Notes under the pieces: model-generated | The model's input: the letters and a program-made list of their open reading frames with translations, nothing else | Databases searched by the model: none | Told to the model about the DNA's origin: nothing | Origin: a virus | Reading direction: 5' to 3' (one strand) | Length of the DNA stretch: 64,000 bases | Virus record (IMG/VR): IMGVR_UViG_3300044613_003659 | Span: 43,597-107,596 of that record | Shown: positions 15,405 to 26,510 of the stretch, piece after piece | Layout of the letters: each line of letters begins with the position of its first letter | Numbering within the stretch: position 1 is the stretch's first letter | Translations under genes and position numbers: made by a program

Positions 15405-15481
15405 ATAATATTCTCCTAGTTAATGATGTACAATACATCCTGGAATTAACCGCTCTGTGTACGTGTGACAGAACTAGTTAA

Positions 15482-15506
15482 ATAAGGCGGGACGAGCCCG
15501 CCTTAT
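15482..15506. terminator. Hairpin terminator
   Basis: ATAAGGCGGG-ACGAG-CCCGCCTTAT. Confidence 0.7.
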
Positions 15507-15523
15507 GCTACAGTTTACAACTA

Positions 15524-15853
15524 TTAGGCTGTGACAGCAGTTTTTGCACCAGCACGGGCTTTGATAGCATCCATGCTTGGCTTGGCACCTTTGACTTTAA
15601 CAGTAGGTGCAGCATTGTATTTTGCATCAGCTGCATCAATGGCAGCAGCAAACTCTGGATTCTTGTAAAGATCCGTAGTCTTTAGATGTGTCACCAACTC
15701 GCCCTTGGTCATTGCACGTGGCAATTCAACAAGATTGATATCAGTGTCTGTCTTGGACAAGATCTTGACACGAGTCATGTCGCCAGCAAAGCGAACCTTG
15801 TACTGGCCTTTAGTTTTAGAAACACCACCAACGTTAAAAGTTTTGTCAGTCAT
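15524..15853 (-). CDS. Hypothetical protein, Ala/Lys-rich C-terminus
   Basis: GGAG before MTDKTF; promoter TTGACC...TATAAT upstream. Confidence 0.7.
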   Translation of the reverse strand: MTDKTFNVGGVSKTKGQYKVRFAGDMTRVKILSKTDTDINLVELPRAMTKGELVTHLKTTDLYKNPEFAAAIDAADAKYNAAPTVKVKGAKPSMDAIKARAGAKTAVTA

Positions 15854-16096
15854 TTTATACTCTCCACAAGTAAGTTGAAAATTTAGATTACTGTTTGTAA
15901 CCATACCACTATTATATTGCCATTCGAACAACAGGTCAACCTGTTTTTGGTCGGCAATTTAACCAAAATCATTTACTAAGTTCTACTGCTTGAGTTTTGG
16001 TAACATTTACAGCCTTATCCAGCATACGAGCAATACCCGCAAAGCCAATGGTAGCTACCACAATGCCAAAAATGGTTCCGTAAATAAAAGTCTTCA

Positions 16097-17801
16097 TTAC
16101 TTTTCTCCTACATCTACACTAATTAACATGGCCAATCTATCAGCACAATCACGCAGATCCAAACTCAGTTGACCTTGGCCAATTTCGCGTTCAACTGATC
16201 TGGCGATGTCATGTAATTCAATCACTGACTGTTTTAATTGTTCGTACATTTTTTGCCTTTGGAAACTTAGAACACCAAATACACTTGGTTGAGCTTGTAC
16301 CATAAAAGTAAAGACCTAGATCAGCAAATCGACCACCGCAGCCTTTACACTCATATGTTAACATTTCTGGCTCGTTTTGGTCAATTGGTCCATTTGCTGC
16401 TTCGTGCTGCTTTGGACCAAGTTCGCCAGTGATAGCCTGAGACTCCATTAGTTGTAACCAACTTCAAAATCAGGCTCTAACATGTCGGCTTCAAGTACGG
16501 CGTCCTGATAGTTAGTAGCATTAAGCAAAATTGTCTGTCCATGCAAGAAACAGGCCATATACACACCAGTAGACTCGTCGCGTTCTACACTGATCAAAAA
16601 ATTAGCCATTACCATTTACCTCCAGTTTGATTGACGTCTAGCAACATGTCATTGTCTTGAAATGCTGCACTCAGTTGTGTTTCTAATACATCTGCTCTAG
16701 TAGGATAATCAGTTACAAGAATCTGTGCAAGTTGTACGATGCTCTGATTAGACAAAAGAGCTAATTCATTAGCAAGAATTTCAAGTCTGTTCATAGTTCG
16801 TCCAAGTTGATATCACTCAGTTCTTTGGGTTTAGCCTGCGGCCTGCCCCATGCGCTTTGACCTACTTCAGGAGAGCTTTTACCCAACGGTATCTGTTGAA
16901 TCTCTCCTCCATTGGCCAAAAAATCTCGAATGGCCTGTTCATAAAGTTCTTTGTCTAATTTCATTACATATTCCCATAATGTTCTGCATCCAGATCGGCT
17001 GCATGTTCAGCATAATACGTTGGATCTTCGATTTCGTCAAGTATGTCCAACACTTGGCGTACAGAAAGTCCCACGTGATCTGCAATAGCCTGTATTTGCA
17101 TACCAGCGAAATCCAACTCACGGATTTCTTGATCAATGTGTTTCCAATAAGTCATATTAACCCCAATCTTTCTTATCGCCGAAACGTTCATTCCATTCGT
17201 AACCGGCCATATACTCAGCTACACTGGCCTCATCCTTGACTTCTACTCGCGGACCTGAGTCGCCGCCTACGCCACCAAAGTGAGCCAACGGCGCACGATG
17301 GTAGTAGCTGTCAGCTGAACCACGATCATACAGACTGCCATGGTTGGCACGAACAAATTGCCATTGTTCCTTGAGGATTTTAAATACACGTTCTTTTTCT
17401 GCTTGCACAATCAACTCCTTATTAATTACTATACCACAATTATAACAAAATGGGTCTTTATGGTCAACTCATTAATTCTTAGGAATACGATACGTAATAC
17501 CTTGGGCTGTTACAACTTTTGCAATACCTTCAACCGCATAGTCCTCTTCCAACAATGCTAAATTGCGGCGGTCCTTGACCCGTGGATTTTCTACCTTGAT
17601 AGTAATAAATTTGGCACGTGGGTTAATATAAAAGTTCTTAGCGGAGTAGCAAAGTTCTAGAGCCAACTTCATACGCTCGGCTCTAACACGTTCGGCTTCT
17701 GTGTAATGACTCCACATTGCCGCAGCTCGCATACGAGCGTCGCGGGCAGCGGCATAAGCATAAAAACCAGCACTACGAGTTTCTAGTTCACGCTCTTGCA
17801 T
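16097..17801 (-). other. Run of small early-type hypothetical genes (about 8 ORFs)
   Basis: Tightly packed 50-110 aa ORFs (16097, 16218, 16448, 16609, 16964, 17157, 17472) behind repeated promoters. Confidence 0.6.
17415..17468 (-). promoter_or_regulatory. Early promoter/leader cassette, copy 1
   Basis: TTGACC-N17-TATAAT...GTATAGTAATTAATAAGGAG. Confidence 0.85.
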
Positions 17802-17808
17802 TTTTGCT

Positions 17809-17864
17809 ACTCCTTATTAGTTACTATACCAATATTATAGCAAAACGGTGAATTATGGTCAACC
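17809..17864 (-). promoter_or_regulatory. Early promoter/leader cassette, copy 2
   Basis: TTGACCATAATTCACCGTTTTGCTATAAT...GTATAGTAACTAATAAGGAG. Confidence 0.85.
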
Positions 17865-17959
17865 CAAAAGATTCTGTGCTAAAATGTTGCCCAAAAGCAA
17901 CAAAATTGCCGAGGTTGCAAAGATAGCAACAAAAGTTGCAATTAATTTAACGGTAGAAA

Positions 17960-19006
17960 TCATACAAAAGTCATAACATAGTTGTCGTAGTATTTGTAGA
18001 AATAATTAAGACCTAATTCCATTGGATCGTGGACAGGTCCACTGTCGGTGGTGCCTCTACGGTCAAGTTGTCGTCTACCACGATCCATACGTTCGGCAAT
18101 TTCGTCATCTTCATCACAGGTCTCCATGTACGCAGCCTGATGTGCTGCTACAAAGTCTGCTTCAAAATGAGCTATTTCTTCCGGGTAGTAAAATTCAACA
18201 ATGTTTCTTGTTCGTTGCGGACCTTCGGGCCATAGTGTTGAAATAACAAGCACCTCTGGATACCACTCTACCATGACATTAGGATAGATGGTCAACCAAA
18301 TAGCACCAAAGTCAGGTAGTGCACCACGCCTGTAGTCTAACAAAGCTTTATGCCATGTTTTATAAACAGACGTGCCTGGTGTTTTTAATTGATTGCTGAT
18401 ACCCACACTTTGTACACTGTACCATTCGCCAAATTGCCAATCTAATTTATTGCAGTCAACAAAATTACCAAGTCCTGGATGAAATGGAACCACATGGTAA
18501 TCATCCATGTACACTTCAATGAACGTTTTCCAGTTGTAATTGCATACATGTTCTTTTCTAGAATGGAAAACATAACCGGTAAAATCAAAATACCGACCTA
18601 ATCGCATGGTATTCAAATCTGATTCTAAATCTGCTATACCGCGACCAAAGTATAATCCGTTCCATGTTTGAGTGCCAAATTTTGTCAAATGCCTTTCCGG
18701 ACAAGGATCAAAGTGCGGCGCACCAATTAACTTACCTTCCAAGTCATAAGTCCAACCGTGTAACGGACAAACAATGTTGGCTGTGGTACCGGACCGATTC
18801 AACATCACAGCCTGTCTATGCCTACAGGTATTTGATATACATTCAATGCCATTCTTGTTACGAATTAACATTCGTGCCGAATCTTCTTGTGGCAATGTAT
18901 GGTAATTGTCTACAAGAAGTTCGTGTGCAAAATACGGTGCGTGTTTGAACAAAATTTGCTCACGACGTAAAATATCGTCGTCAAAGTAAAAATGGCTGTA
19001 TTTCAT
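17960..19006 (-). CDS. Rieske ring-hydroxylating oxygenase alpha subunit
   Basis: CRHR...CPLHGW Rieske motif; NWKTFIEVYMDDYHVVPFH mononuclear Fe site. Confidence 0.92.
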   Translation of the reverse strand: MKYSHFYFDDDILRREQILFKHAPYFAHELLVDNYHTLPQEDSARMLIRNKNGIECISNTCRHRQAVMLNRSGTTANIVCPLHGWTYDLEGKLIGAPHFDPCPERHLTKFGTQTWNGLYFGRGIADLESDLNTMRLGRYFDFTGYVFHSRKEHVCNYNWKTFIEVYMDDYHVVPFHPGLGNFVDCNKLDWQFGEWYSVQSVGISNQLKTPGTSVYKTWHKALLDYRRGALPDFGAIWLTIYPNVMVEWYPEVLVISTLWPEGPQRTRNIVEFYYPEEIAHFEADFVAAHQAAYMETCDEDDEIAERMDRGRRQLDRRGTTDSGPVHDPMELGLNYFYKYYDNYVMTFV

Positions 19007-19012
19007 TTATTT

Positions 19013-21046
19013 TCATGTAATCTTTGTAGTGTTTAACTGTCTATCATATTGAGATTCAATGCTGTTACTTGGTTCTAGTCCTTTGTATTTAACCGAACTT
19101 TCTACTGGTAGTCCAAAACGCTGCCTGATGTTTTGGCGGTCGGCCTGACTCATACACATTCTGGCACATTCTTCTGCGATCATTTCGCCAAATCTGCGTC
19201 CGGTATTCGTCCATAAGGAACTGTGATAGATATTAAAATGTGCCCTATCGGCGATTTCTTTAAAAGGGTCGTCCATATTACCTCGATAGCATTCGTGTAA
19301 GTTCACAATGAAGTTCATTGACTTCGTCTTGTGGTACATAAAAATCTGTAGTAGGATCCCAATACTCTCCTACTTTGACATCATAATATAGCACACGACC
19401 TGTTGCAAAATAAAATGGACCTTCCAATCCTTTACGTGGTAGCCAACGTTCGTCACGCTTGCCGAGTACGGTGTATCCCATTATTCAACTCCAAAATGTT
19501 TTTTTATTTCCCGAACAGTCAAGTTCACAGGATATTTAACTTCAAAGTCAATCATCAATTGACAACATTCTTTGACAATCAATTCGGCGAACTTTTGATT
19601 GTATTGTTCAATCCACAGTTCCGGACTCAGTATGCCTTGCGGCACCTGTGTTTTTGCTTGCTCGGCCAACTGTTGAATCAGTTCAGACATCAATCCAACC
19701 TTGATCCTGCGTAGGCATCGAATCCATACTTGCGGAACACATCGGCCGCAGCTCTGGCACCTGTTTCCAGTGTATCAATGTTCTGCACTGGATAACCTGC
19801 CGGATTCCAAAGTTGGAATGCCTTGGTATAGTCTTGACGCACACCAGCGGCCTTGAGCATTTTGCCCAACTTGGTATTGCCTTTTACCTTATAAATATTG
19901 GTCCAAGCAAAACCACAAGCATACTGATCTACGCCGCCTAACTTGACACGAAAAAACTCATCCGCAGCCGCATAGGCAGCATCTCTAGCTTCGCGCACAA
20001 TTGAGTTAACTTGTTCTTGTGTAAAGTCCATTACGCTGCCTCCCTCATAACATAACCTTCCGCCACATTAAAAAGATTACTACGCTGCCAGTCCCAAAGA
20101 TCATTTATACGATTATACACAGGACCAAATGGATATTCATTACCGTCGGCAGTATAAACTACAGTCTGCCAACCACCTGGTACATTTGCACAGGTAATTT
20201 TCATTTTATTTCCCCTTGAATACTTTTCGGACATCACTTAGTGATACCTGCAACTCGAGTGCAATAAAGTCTATGGTTTCGTCCAATTTGCCTTTTGGGT
20301 CTTCTAGGATGTCTGCCAATTGTCTTACTTGTTTTTCAAATTTGCTCATTTTAATCTCCTTGACGATTACATGCTGTAAAAAGATTCGCTGGACGGCGAG
20401 CAGTAGTACGGAGTATCGTAACGCTCTTGAAACTCCTTACCAGTCACCAAGTTCTTGCGGGTTACAAAAGTTTCGTACACATGAGCAACGAAACCTTCGG
20501 TACGGAAGCTTTCTGCTACATTCCAAACCGTGCTGTAATTACAATTTAAATCTACGACCTTGACAAAACGAAGTCCTGCCTTGTTGCGACCAAATCGCTC
20601 GTCTTTGCGGATACGCTTGTCGGATTTGTAAACTTCTACGGTATAAGCAACTTTGGACATCTTCGGCTCCTTGTTTATTTACTATACCTAAATTATACAG
20701 AAATGGTGAATTATGGTCTACCAAAATAAATTGTTGCTAAAATCGCAATAAAAGTTGCTTATTCAGCAACAGTTAGCAAATTAGCAGGTACGTTCCAAGT
20801 AGTGTTATTCTCTCGAACCTTGATGTTTTTTATGTTGATTTTAACAACATTACCTTGGTGTGTACGCCCGGTGCGTGGATGTGTAAATTTAACAACATCG
20901 CCTACCATTAGCGATCGTTTTGTTTCTTTGTTAATTTGTGCTCTACGAAACTTGACAGCACCCAAGATGCTGTCAAGTTGCTCATTTGTTAACGAGCCAA
21001 ACATGATTTGGCTGTTAATTTGCTGGATAGTAGTAAGTTGCTCCAT
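19013..21046 (-). other. Second run of small early-type hypothetical genes
   Basis: ORFs 19013, 19278, 19481, 19690, 20031, 20367 and 20759 with overlapping starts/stops. Confidence 0.6.
20667..20722 (-). promoter_or_regulatory. Early promoter/leader cassette, copy 3
   Basis: TAGACCATAATTCACCATTTCTGTATAAT...GTATAGTAAATAAACAAGGAG. Confidence 0.8.
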
Positions 21047-21145
21047 TAGCGACTCCTGGCTAGTTAATATGTGCAGAGTATAACGAAATAGATTATTTTT
21101 GTCAAGTTATAAAATTGCTAACATTTTTGAGAGTAAATACTTCAA

Positions 21146-23155
21146 ATGAACAACAAAGTCATTGAAATAAAATTCCAAAAAAATAAAGACATTCAGGATA
21201 CACTTAGAAATCCAGTCGATTCTGGTATGGGCAAGTCTTTATTAGAAATGCATAAGGAATTTAACAATCCCGACATGCCCGAGGACAAATACCTGGCGTC
21301 GGCCAAAAGCATGTTAAAGTATGCAAGACCAGTTCCTCAAAAAAACTTGTCAACTGTTGAAATTAATAATATAACCAGAAAAACGCACATTGCATTTGTT
21401 CTTATGCCTAAATGGGCAGTTTTTTTTGCTCCTTACAATGTGGCCAGATTAGCCGCAGTAACTAGAGCAGCAGGTTATAAAACAAGCGTTTATGATTGGA
21501 ATGTCACCACTTGGCGAAAGTTACAAACTATTTTAGATGAAGATCCATATCAAGGACATGGCTCAAGAGATTATCTTTGGCTTGACGATATGTATGAGAA
21601 AAAACTTCAAAAATTTGTACAACCCATTCTTGAAGAGTACCTAGCAGAATTGTTGCAAGTAAAACCTGATGTGGTTGGTTTCAGCCTGTATTATACTAAC
21701 GTTTTACCTACATTATGGTTAGCAAGAGAAATTAGAAAAAACCTTCCGCACACAAAGATTATAGCAGGCGGCTCACATATTCAATGGAATCCAGATCCTT
21801 TTCCGGAATTTGATCATGTTGTTAAAGGTGAAGGCGAAGAAGTTATATTATGGATGCTTGATCAAATCGAACAAGATATTCCGCTTACAGAATATCTATA
21901 TAAAGCCGATACATCTAAAAGATTAGATCTAGATCAATTACCATTTCCTGATTATTCGGATTTAGATATTAATTTATACATGATGCCTAATGCTATTAGT
22001 TCCGAAGTAAGTAGAGGATGTGTAGCCAAATGTACTTTTTGTCAAGAAACCCATTACTGGAAATATCGTAGTAGACAAGCTCCAATGGTTCTCAAAGAAG
22101 TTATACATCAATACAACACCTATGGTACAAACTATTTTTGGTTTATTGACAGTTTAGTCAATGGTAATTTAAATGAACTACGTGCGTTTGCATTGGGCGT
22201 GATTGAAAACAATTTGAAAATACAATGGGAAGGTTATGCTAGATGCGACCGACGTATGGATTTAGAATACTACAAAGACTTATCAGCAAGTGGCTGTAAT
22301 GCACTGAATTATGGAATAGAAAGTGGCAGTCAACGAGTGTTGGATGCTATGCGTAAAAACATCACTGTTGACATTGTTGAACGAAATCTTAGAGATGGTG
22401 CTGCTGTTGGCATATCTGCTCAAACCAATTGGATGCTGTGTTACTTGAATGAACAAATGGTTGACTTTGCAAAAACAATGACATTGGCATGGAGGATACA
22501 GGATTATAATTTAACCTCTATAGCTAGAGGCACAATGAATATTGGACCAGGTCGAATAGGAGACAATCCTGATCAGTACGGAGTTCATGAAAAATATTTT
22601 TGCATGTCATGGGCAACTAAAGATCTTTCAAATACAAAGATTCATAGGTTAATAAGATTTAAAAGTTTTAATATTTTTGTGGCACAATTGCATGGTTTTA
22701 AATATGACGAAGATAATAGCCAACGATTAAAAAATGTGTATTTTGTCAAATACAAAAATGATGATCAAGCGAAACATTTTAGAAATATGCCATACGAAGA
22801 ATTTGATTATGAAATTATTAAAGATCCCAAGCTTGACTGTGTGTTTCAAAAAACTGTAGTTAATGAGATTTGGCCTCTAATTAGAACATTATGGAGATCA
22901 AGATGTAAAGGTGCTATGGAAATACAGGTGACTTTTGATCCTGAGTGGGACAAAAACGAATATGGTAACAGATTAGCAGATAATTTTACTGCTGAATATA
23001 ATTTTAAAATTGACGACTTTGGTAACTGGAATGCAGATTGCTTTGTCAAATTTGTTTGTCCTGAAAATCCTCACGCACCTTGGTGGCCAGAAGAAGGTGT
23101 GCGATCTGATTACAATATTGATTTACAGTGGACAGGTAGTGGTTATTGGGACTAA
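21146..23155 (+). CDS. B12-binding radical SAM enzyme
   Basis: PDVVGFS...IIAGG...GEGE cobalamin domain; SRGCVAKCTFC; GIESGSQRVL. Confidence 0.92.
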   Translation: MNNKVIEIKFQKNKDIQDTLRNPVDSGMGKSLLEMHKEFNNPDMPEDKYLASAKSMLKYARPVPQKNLSTVEINNITRKTHIAFVLMPKWAVFFAPYNVARLAAVTRAAGYKTSVYDWNVTTWRKLQTILDEDPYQGHGSRDYLWLDDMYEKKLQKFVQPILEEYLAELLQVKPDVVGFSLYYTNVLPTLWLAREIRKNLPHTKIIAGGSHIQWNPDPFPEFDHVVKGEGEEVILWMLDQIEQDIPLTEYLYKADTSKRLDLDQLPFPDYSDLDINLYMMPNAISSEVSRGCVAKCTFCQETHYWKYRSRQAPMVLKEVIHQYNTYGTNYFWFIDSLVNGNLNELRAFALGVIENNLKIQWEGYARCDRRMDLEYYKDLSASGCNALNYGIESGSQRVLDAMRKNITVDIVERNLRDGAAVGISAQTNWMLCYLNEQMVDFAKTMTLAWRIQDYNLTSIARGTMNIGPGRIGDNPDQYGVHEKYFCMSWATKDLSNTKIHRLIRFKSFNIFVAQLHGFKYDEDNSQRLKNVYFVKYKNDDQAKHFRNMPYEEFDYEIIKDPKLDCVFQKTVVNEIWPLIRTLWRSRCKGAMEIQVTFDPEWDKNEYGNRLADNFTAEYNFKIDDFGNWNADCFVKFVCPENPHAPWWPEEGVRSDYNIDLQWTGSGYWD

Positions 23156-23520
23156 ATTGCAATTTTTCTTTGTGTACCTTGCCGCATTGATCCACGCATA
23201 ATCGTTGTAGCGATTATAACACCATCTGCTTTAATAAAAGGCACTGTTATATCAGTATCTAAATCAACTACTTGAATTGAACTACCATTTGGCATATCCT
23301 GCAAGAATTTTTTCCTTTTAATCAATAACTTAGAAAAAAAATCTGCTACTTCGCTGACCTTGATAGGTTCGCGATTTCTAGTATCAGGTAGTCTGTCAAT
23401 AAAATGCGTTGTAATTTTAATTGGAATATCATGTACTGCAAATCTTGAATTTAACACAGCAGTGTAATGCTTTGCTAACTCAGTGTTAGATTCTTCATTT
23501 AAAAATTCTCCAACACGCAT
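23152..23520 (-). CDS. Hypothetical protein (MRVGEFLNE N-terminus), possible RNase-like fold
   Basis: ITTHFIDRL...IIATTIMR. Confidence 0.6.
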   Translation of the reverse strand: MRVGEFLNEESNTELAKHYTAVLNSRFAVHDIPIKITTHFIDRLPDTRNREPIKVSEVADFFSKLLIKRKKFLQDMPNGSSIQVVDLDTDITVPFIKADGVIIATTIMRGSMRQGTQRKIAI

Positions 23521-23524
23521 TTTT

Positions 23525-25558
23525 TTAAGTTTTGATAATAAAATTAATCGCTAGGTAAGGTGGCATGTTGGCATCTGTTCCACTAGATCCAGTTGAATTT
23601 ACTGTGGTGCTAGTGGACGTAGCCACAGATATACCAGTGTTTGCCAATGACGTGTTTGTGCCAGATCCACTTACTAAAGTACTTAATAAGCTACCAACCG
23701 AGTCACGATTACCTGTGCCAACTTGATGTCTGTGTCCGGGATCAGTTACTGTGGAAGTAGACGTTGATGTTGCAGTATGACTATGACTCACTACTACGGC
23801 ATCTTTTGAGCCGCCTGTGGTTCCTAGTGCGTACAAGCCTCCTGCTCCAAATGGAGCACGATTTTGGTAGTCTGGTAAATTAAATGTTGTAGATCCGTCT
23901 CCAGAACCAAAAGTTGTCCCTATTACACCAAACAGTGTAGAATAAGTAGTTCTTGAAACGGCAGCACCATCACATAGTAACCACCCCGACGGTACAGAAC
24001 CTGTTGACCACATAAGTAATGCACCAGTAGGTACAGAATTATTAATTACAAAAGCAGTTGTTGCAACTGCGGTGTTTGAAGTGCCCGCTGGCATAGTAGG
24101 GGTCACTATCTGTCCTGCTACATTGACATTTCCTGCAATTCCTGCTCCACCTGACACGATTAACGCTCCGGTAGCTGAAGATGTACTAGTCGTAGTAGCT
24201 TGTAATGTAACCGTACCGACTACATTTAAGTTTACACCCAACGATGCACTACCTGCAACACTTAAATTACCGCCAATTGTAGTAGCTAAACCTACATTTA
24301 ATGAACCAGTTAAACTTGCTGAGTTAGAGTTTAAGGTGTTAAACCTCATCCCGACACTGCCAAGATTTGAACTGATGTTGGCTGTTGGAACTATGTCGGA
24401 ACCTAAATAAATTTGTGAGATGTTTGCATTGATTATGGCAGACTGACTTGATATCAAATTATCAATGGATGCAGTTACTGAAAATATATTACTCCATTTG
24501 TTTGTTACATTACCTACCGTAAATATATTGTTTGAACTCGGAGTAATGTTACCAAAGAAATTCGCTGTTCCGTTTACTGATCCTGCTAAAATATCAACAT
24601 AATTTTTTGTTGCCAATGATAATGCTGGCGACGATCCTATAGGATTATCGTAAGCTTCTGGTAGTCCAGTTAAGTAATTTCCTCTGAAAAAAGGAGTTTG
24701 GTTGCCGCTGGATTTTAAACTCAGTATAAAATCTTTATTGTTTGTTCTATTTTGTAAAATTACGGTTCCACTAGAAACATTTCCTACAAAATCGTTAGCA
24801 GCACCAAAGGTGATACCATTATCGTTGGTCAATATTAACGAACCATTAATTGATCCTGACAGGTCATTTCTTACAAATAAATTACCAGAAGTTATTGCCC
24901 CGTTTACATATAAGCTATTAGCTACTTCAGAATTACCCCAGAAAGTATGACCCAAAGTTGAGTGTAGATTCAATCCTTTCTTGATTGTACTAAATCCTGG
25001 TACATCAGATAAGAACGGGCCATCTTTACTCCAAATTGCAACTAGAACGTCGTCTATTACGAATTTCAAAATGACGTAAGTGGTACTAGGCGGCGCATCG
25101 GTTACAGTATCAGGTATGACTCCACTGTTACCTGTGCTTAACTTGTTTGCAGGCCCAATTAAACGCCAGGCTGTGCCTGTATATATGTATAGTTGACCGT
25201 TTGTGCTATCATACCATAATTCGTTTTGATACGGATTGGTTGGTGTAGTAGCAGAAAGTGTCAATCCTGCAACTGTTTTCCAAATTGCACTAGCTGTGCC
25301 TTTGGTAGCTGAAATATTTAGATTTAATAATTTGGTTGTAGGATTGAACCAAATTTGCCCAGGTAGTGGAGCTGTAGGTGCAGAAGAATTTGCAAAGTTT
25401 TCCATTAACCTAACAAAATTTTGATTTACAAACAGTCCGTAGCTCTTGTAATTTTTACCAACAAGAGAAAGGCTAGAGTTACTAGTATCTAAAGTATTGT
25501 CTAGTAAACCACCTGTAATTAAATCTGATCCGTTAGATAATGTAATATTATATGGCAT
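23525..25558 (-). CDS. Tail fibre/baseplate protein with tail-collar domain
   Basis: VPSGWLLCDGAAVSRTTYSTLFGVIGTTFG...TFNLPD; NMPPYLAINFIIKT. Confidence 0.88.
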   Translation of the reverse strand: MPYNITLSNGSDLITGGLLDNTLDTSNSSLSLVGKNYKSYGLFVNQNFVRLMENFANSSAPTAPLPGQIWFNPTTKLLNLNISATKGTASAIWKTVAGLTLSATTPTNPYQNELWYDSTNGQLYIYTGTAWRLIGPANKLSTGNSGVIPDTVTDAPPSTTYVILKFVIDDVLVAIWSKDGPFLSDVPGFSTIKKGLNLHSTLGHTFWGNSEVANSLYVNGAITSGNLFVRNDLSGSINGSLILTNDNGITFGAANDFVGNVSSGTVILQNRTNNKDFILSLKSSGNQTPFFRGNYLTGLPEAYDNPIGSSPALSLATKNYVDILAGSVNGTANFFGNITPSSNNIFTVGNVTNKWSNIFSVTASIDNLISSQSAIINANISQIYLGSDIVPTANISSNLGSVGMRFNTLNSNSASLTGSLNVGLATTIGGNLSVAGSASLGVNLNVVGTVTLQATTTSTSSATGALIVSGGAGIAGNVNVAGQIVTPTMPAGTSNTAVATTAFVINNSVPTGALLMWSTGSVPSGWLLCDGAAVSRTTYSTLFGVIGTTFGSGDGSTTFNLPDYQNRAPFGAGGLYALGTTGGSKDAVVVSHSHTATSTSTSTVTDPGHRHQVGTGNRDSVGSLLSTLVSGSGTNTSLANTGISVATSTSTTVNSTGSSGTDANMPPYLAINFIIKT

Positions 25559-25611
25559 TTTTTAGTCTCACTACCCTTTATTTATGCTGTTTTTATTGGG
25601 CTACAGCTATG

Positions 25612-25950
25612 TTACTTTTTACGTCCACTCTTCATATTTGCACACCAGTGATACATACGACCACGTTCGCCACCCGACTTTTTAGCTCGAGCTCTTAGAT
25701 CAGTAACACTACCTGCACAACTAGCACCAGAACGTTTCACACGGCCTGGACGACTCTTGCCTTTAACCTTGCCATCTGCGAAGTTTTCGTCTACTGACTC
25801 ACCACCATCGCCTCCACCGCTGTCGCTGGACTCGCTGCCTGTACCACTACCATAGTAACCGTAGCCGGGATACCAGTAGCCGCCGAAGTATTTGTTGCTG
25901 CGTTTACGCTTTCTTTTTTTGCGTTCAGTTACAAACTCTTTAGCTCTCAT
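25612..25950 (-). CDS. Basic putative internal head protein
   Basis: MRAKEFVTE N-terminus; ENFADGK...HWCANMKSG module. Confidence 0.65.
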   Translation of the reverse strand: MRAKEFVTERKKRKRKRSNKYFGGYWYPGYGYYGSGTGSESSDSGGGDGGESVDENFADGKVKGKSRPGRVKRSGASCAGSVTDLRARAKKSGGERGRMYHWCANMKSGRKK

Positions 25951-26510
25951 TATCGTGCCAATCTCTGCATCATTGCTTTTGGATCCATTTCTGCTCCTAG
26001 TGCCATATCTCTGGTATCTGGTACACCTACACCACCGGATCCGCCCCCTGTTTTTATACCTGCTGTTTTTGAGTCAACTGGTGTTTTAGCTACATCAGAG
26101 GATGAAGCAAAAACTACAGGTACTTTTGCTTTTTTCCATAACGGGTTATCTCTATCCATTCTTTTTTGTAATAAACCTAACGCAGAAATTCTATGAGCAC
26201 CATCATCAAGTTTTCCGTCTACAGCTACAATAGGTGGCAAAGTTTTTAATGACTCAGGATTGTCCTTTAAAAACTTTGCATATTCTACCGCTTTGGGAGT
26301 CACATTCCAACTAAAATCTTTTTTATCGTAATCTCTAATTACATCTTTGTGATATGGTATTCCCTGTATACTTTTATGAATTTGTTTTAAAGTTAAATTT
26401 TGTTGATTTAGATTAGCATCAGGATTTAATTGGGCAGCTTTACCAGAACTTGGCCCGGGTTGTGGTACTGATAAATCGTCAGCCTCTAGTATAAATTCGT
26501 ATGCTCTCAT
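25950..26510 (-). CDS. ParB/Srx-like domain protein, putative internal head protein
   Basis: MRAYEFILE; LPPIVAVDGKLDDGAHRISAL. Confidence 0.65.
   Translation of the reverse strand: MRAYEFILEADDLSVPQPGPSSGKAAQLNPDANLNQQNLTLKQIHKSIQGIPYHKDVIRDYDKKDFSWNVTPKAVEYAKFLKDNPESLKTLPPIVAVDGKLDDGAHRISALGLLQKRMDRDNPLWKKAKVPVVFASSSDVAKTPVDSKTAGIKTGGGSGGVGVPDTRDMALGAEMDPKAMMQRLAR

Noticed and set aside
21146-23155. Radical SAM gene as the PqqE partner of PqqA
   Set aside because: It has a B12-binding architecture, no SPASM domain, and lies 18 kb away.
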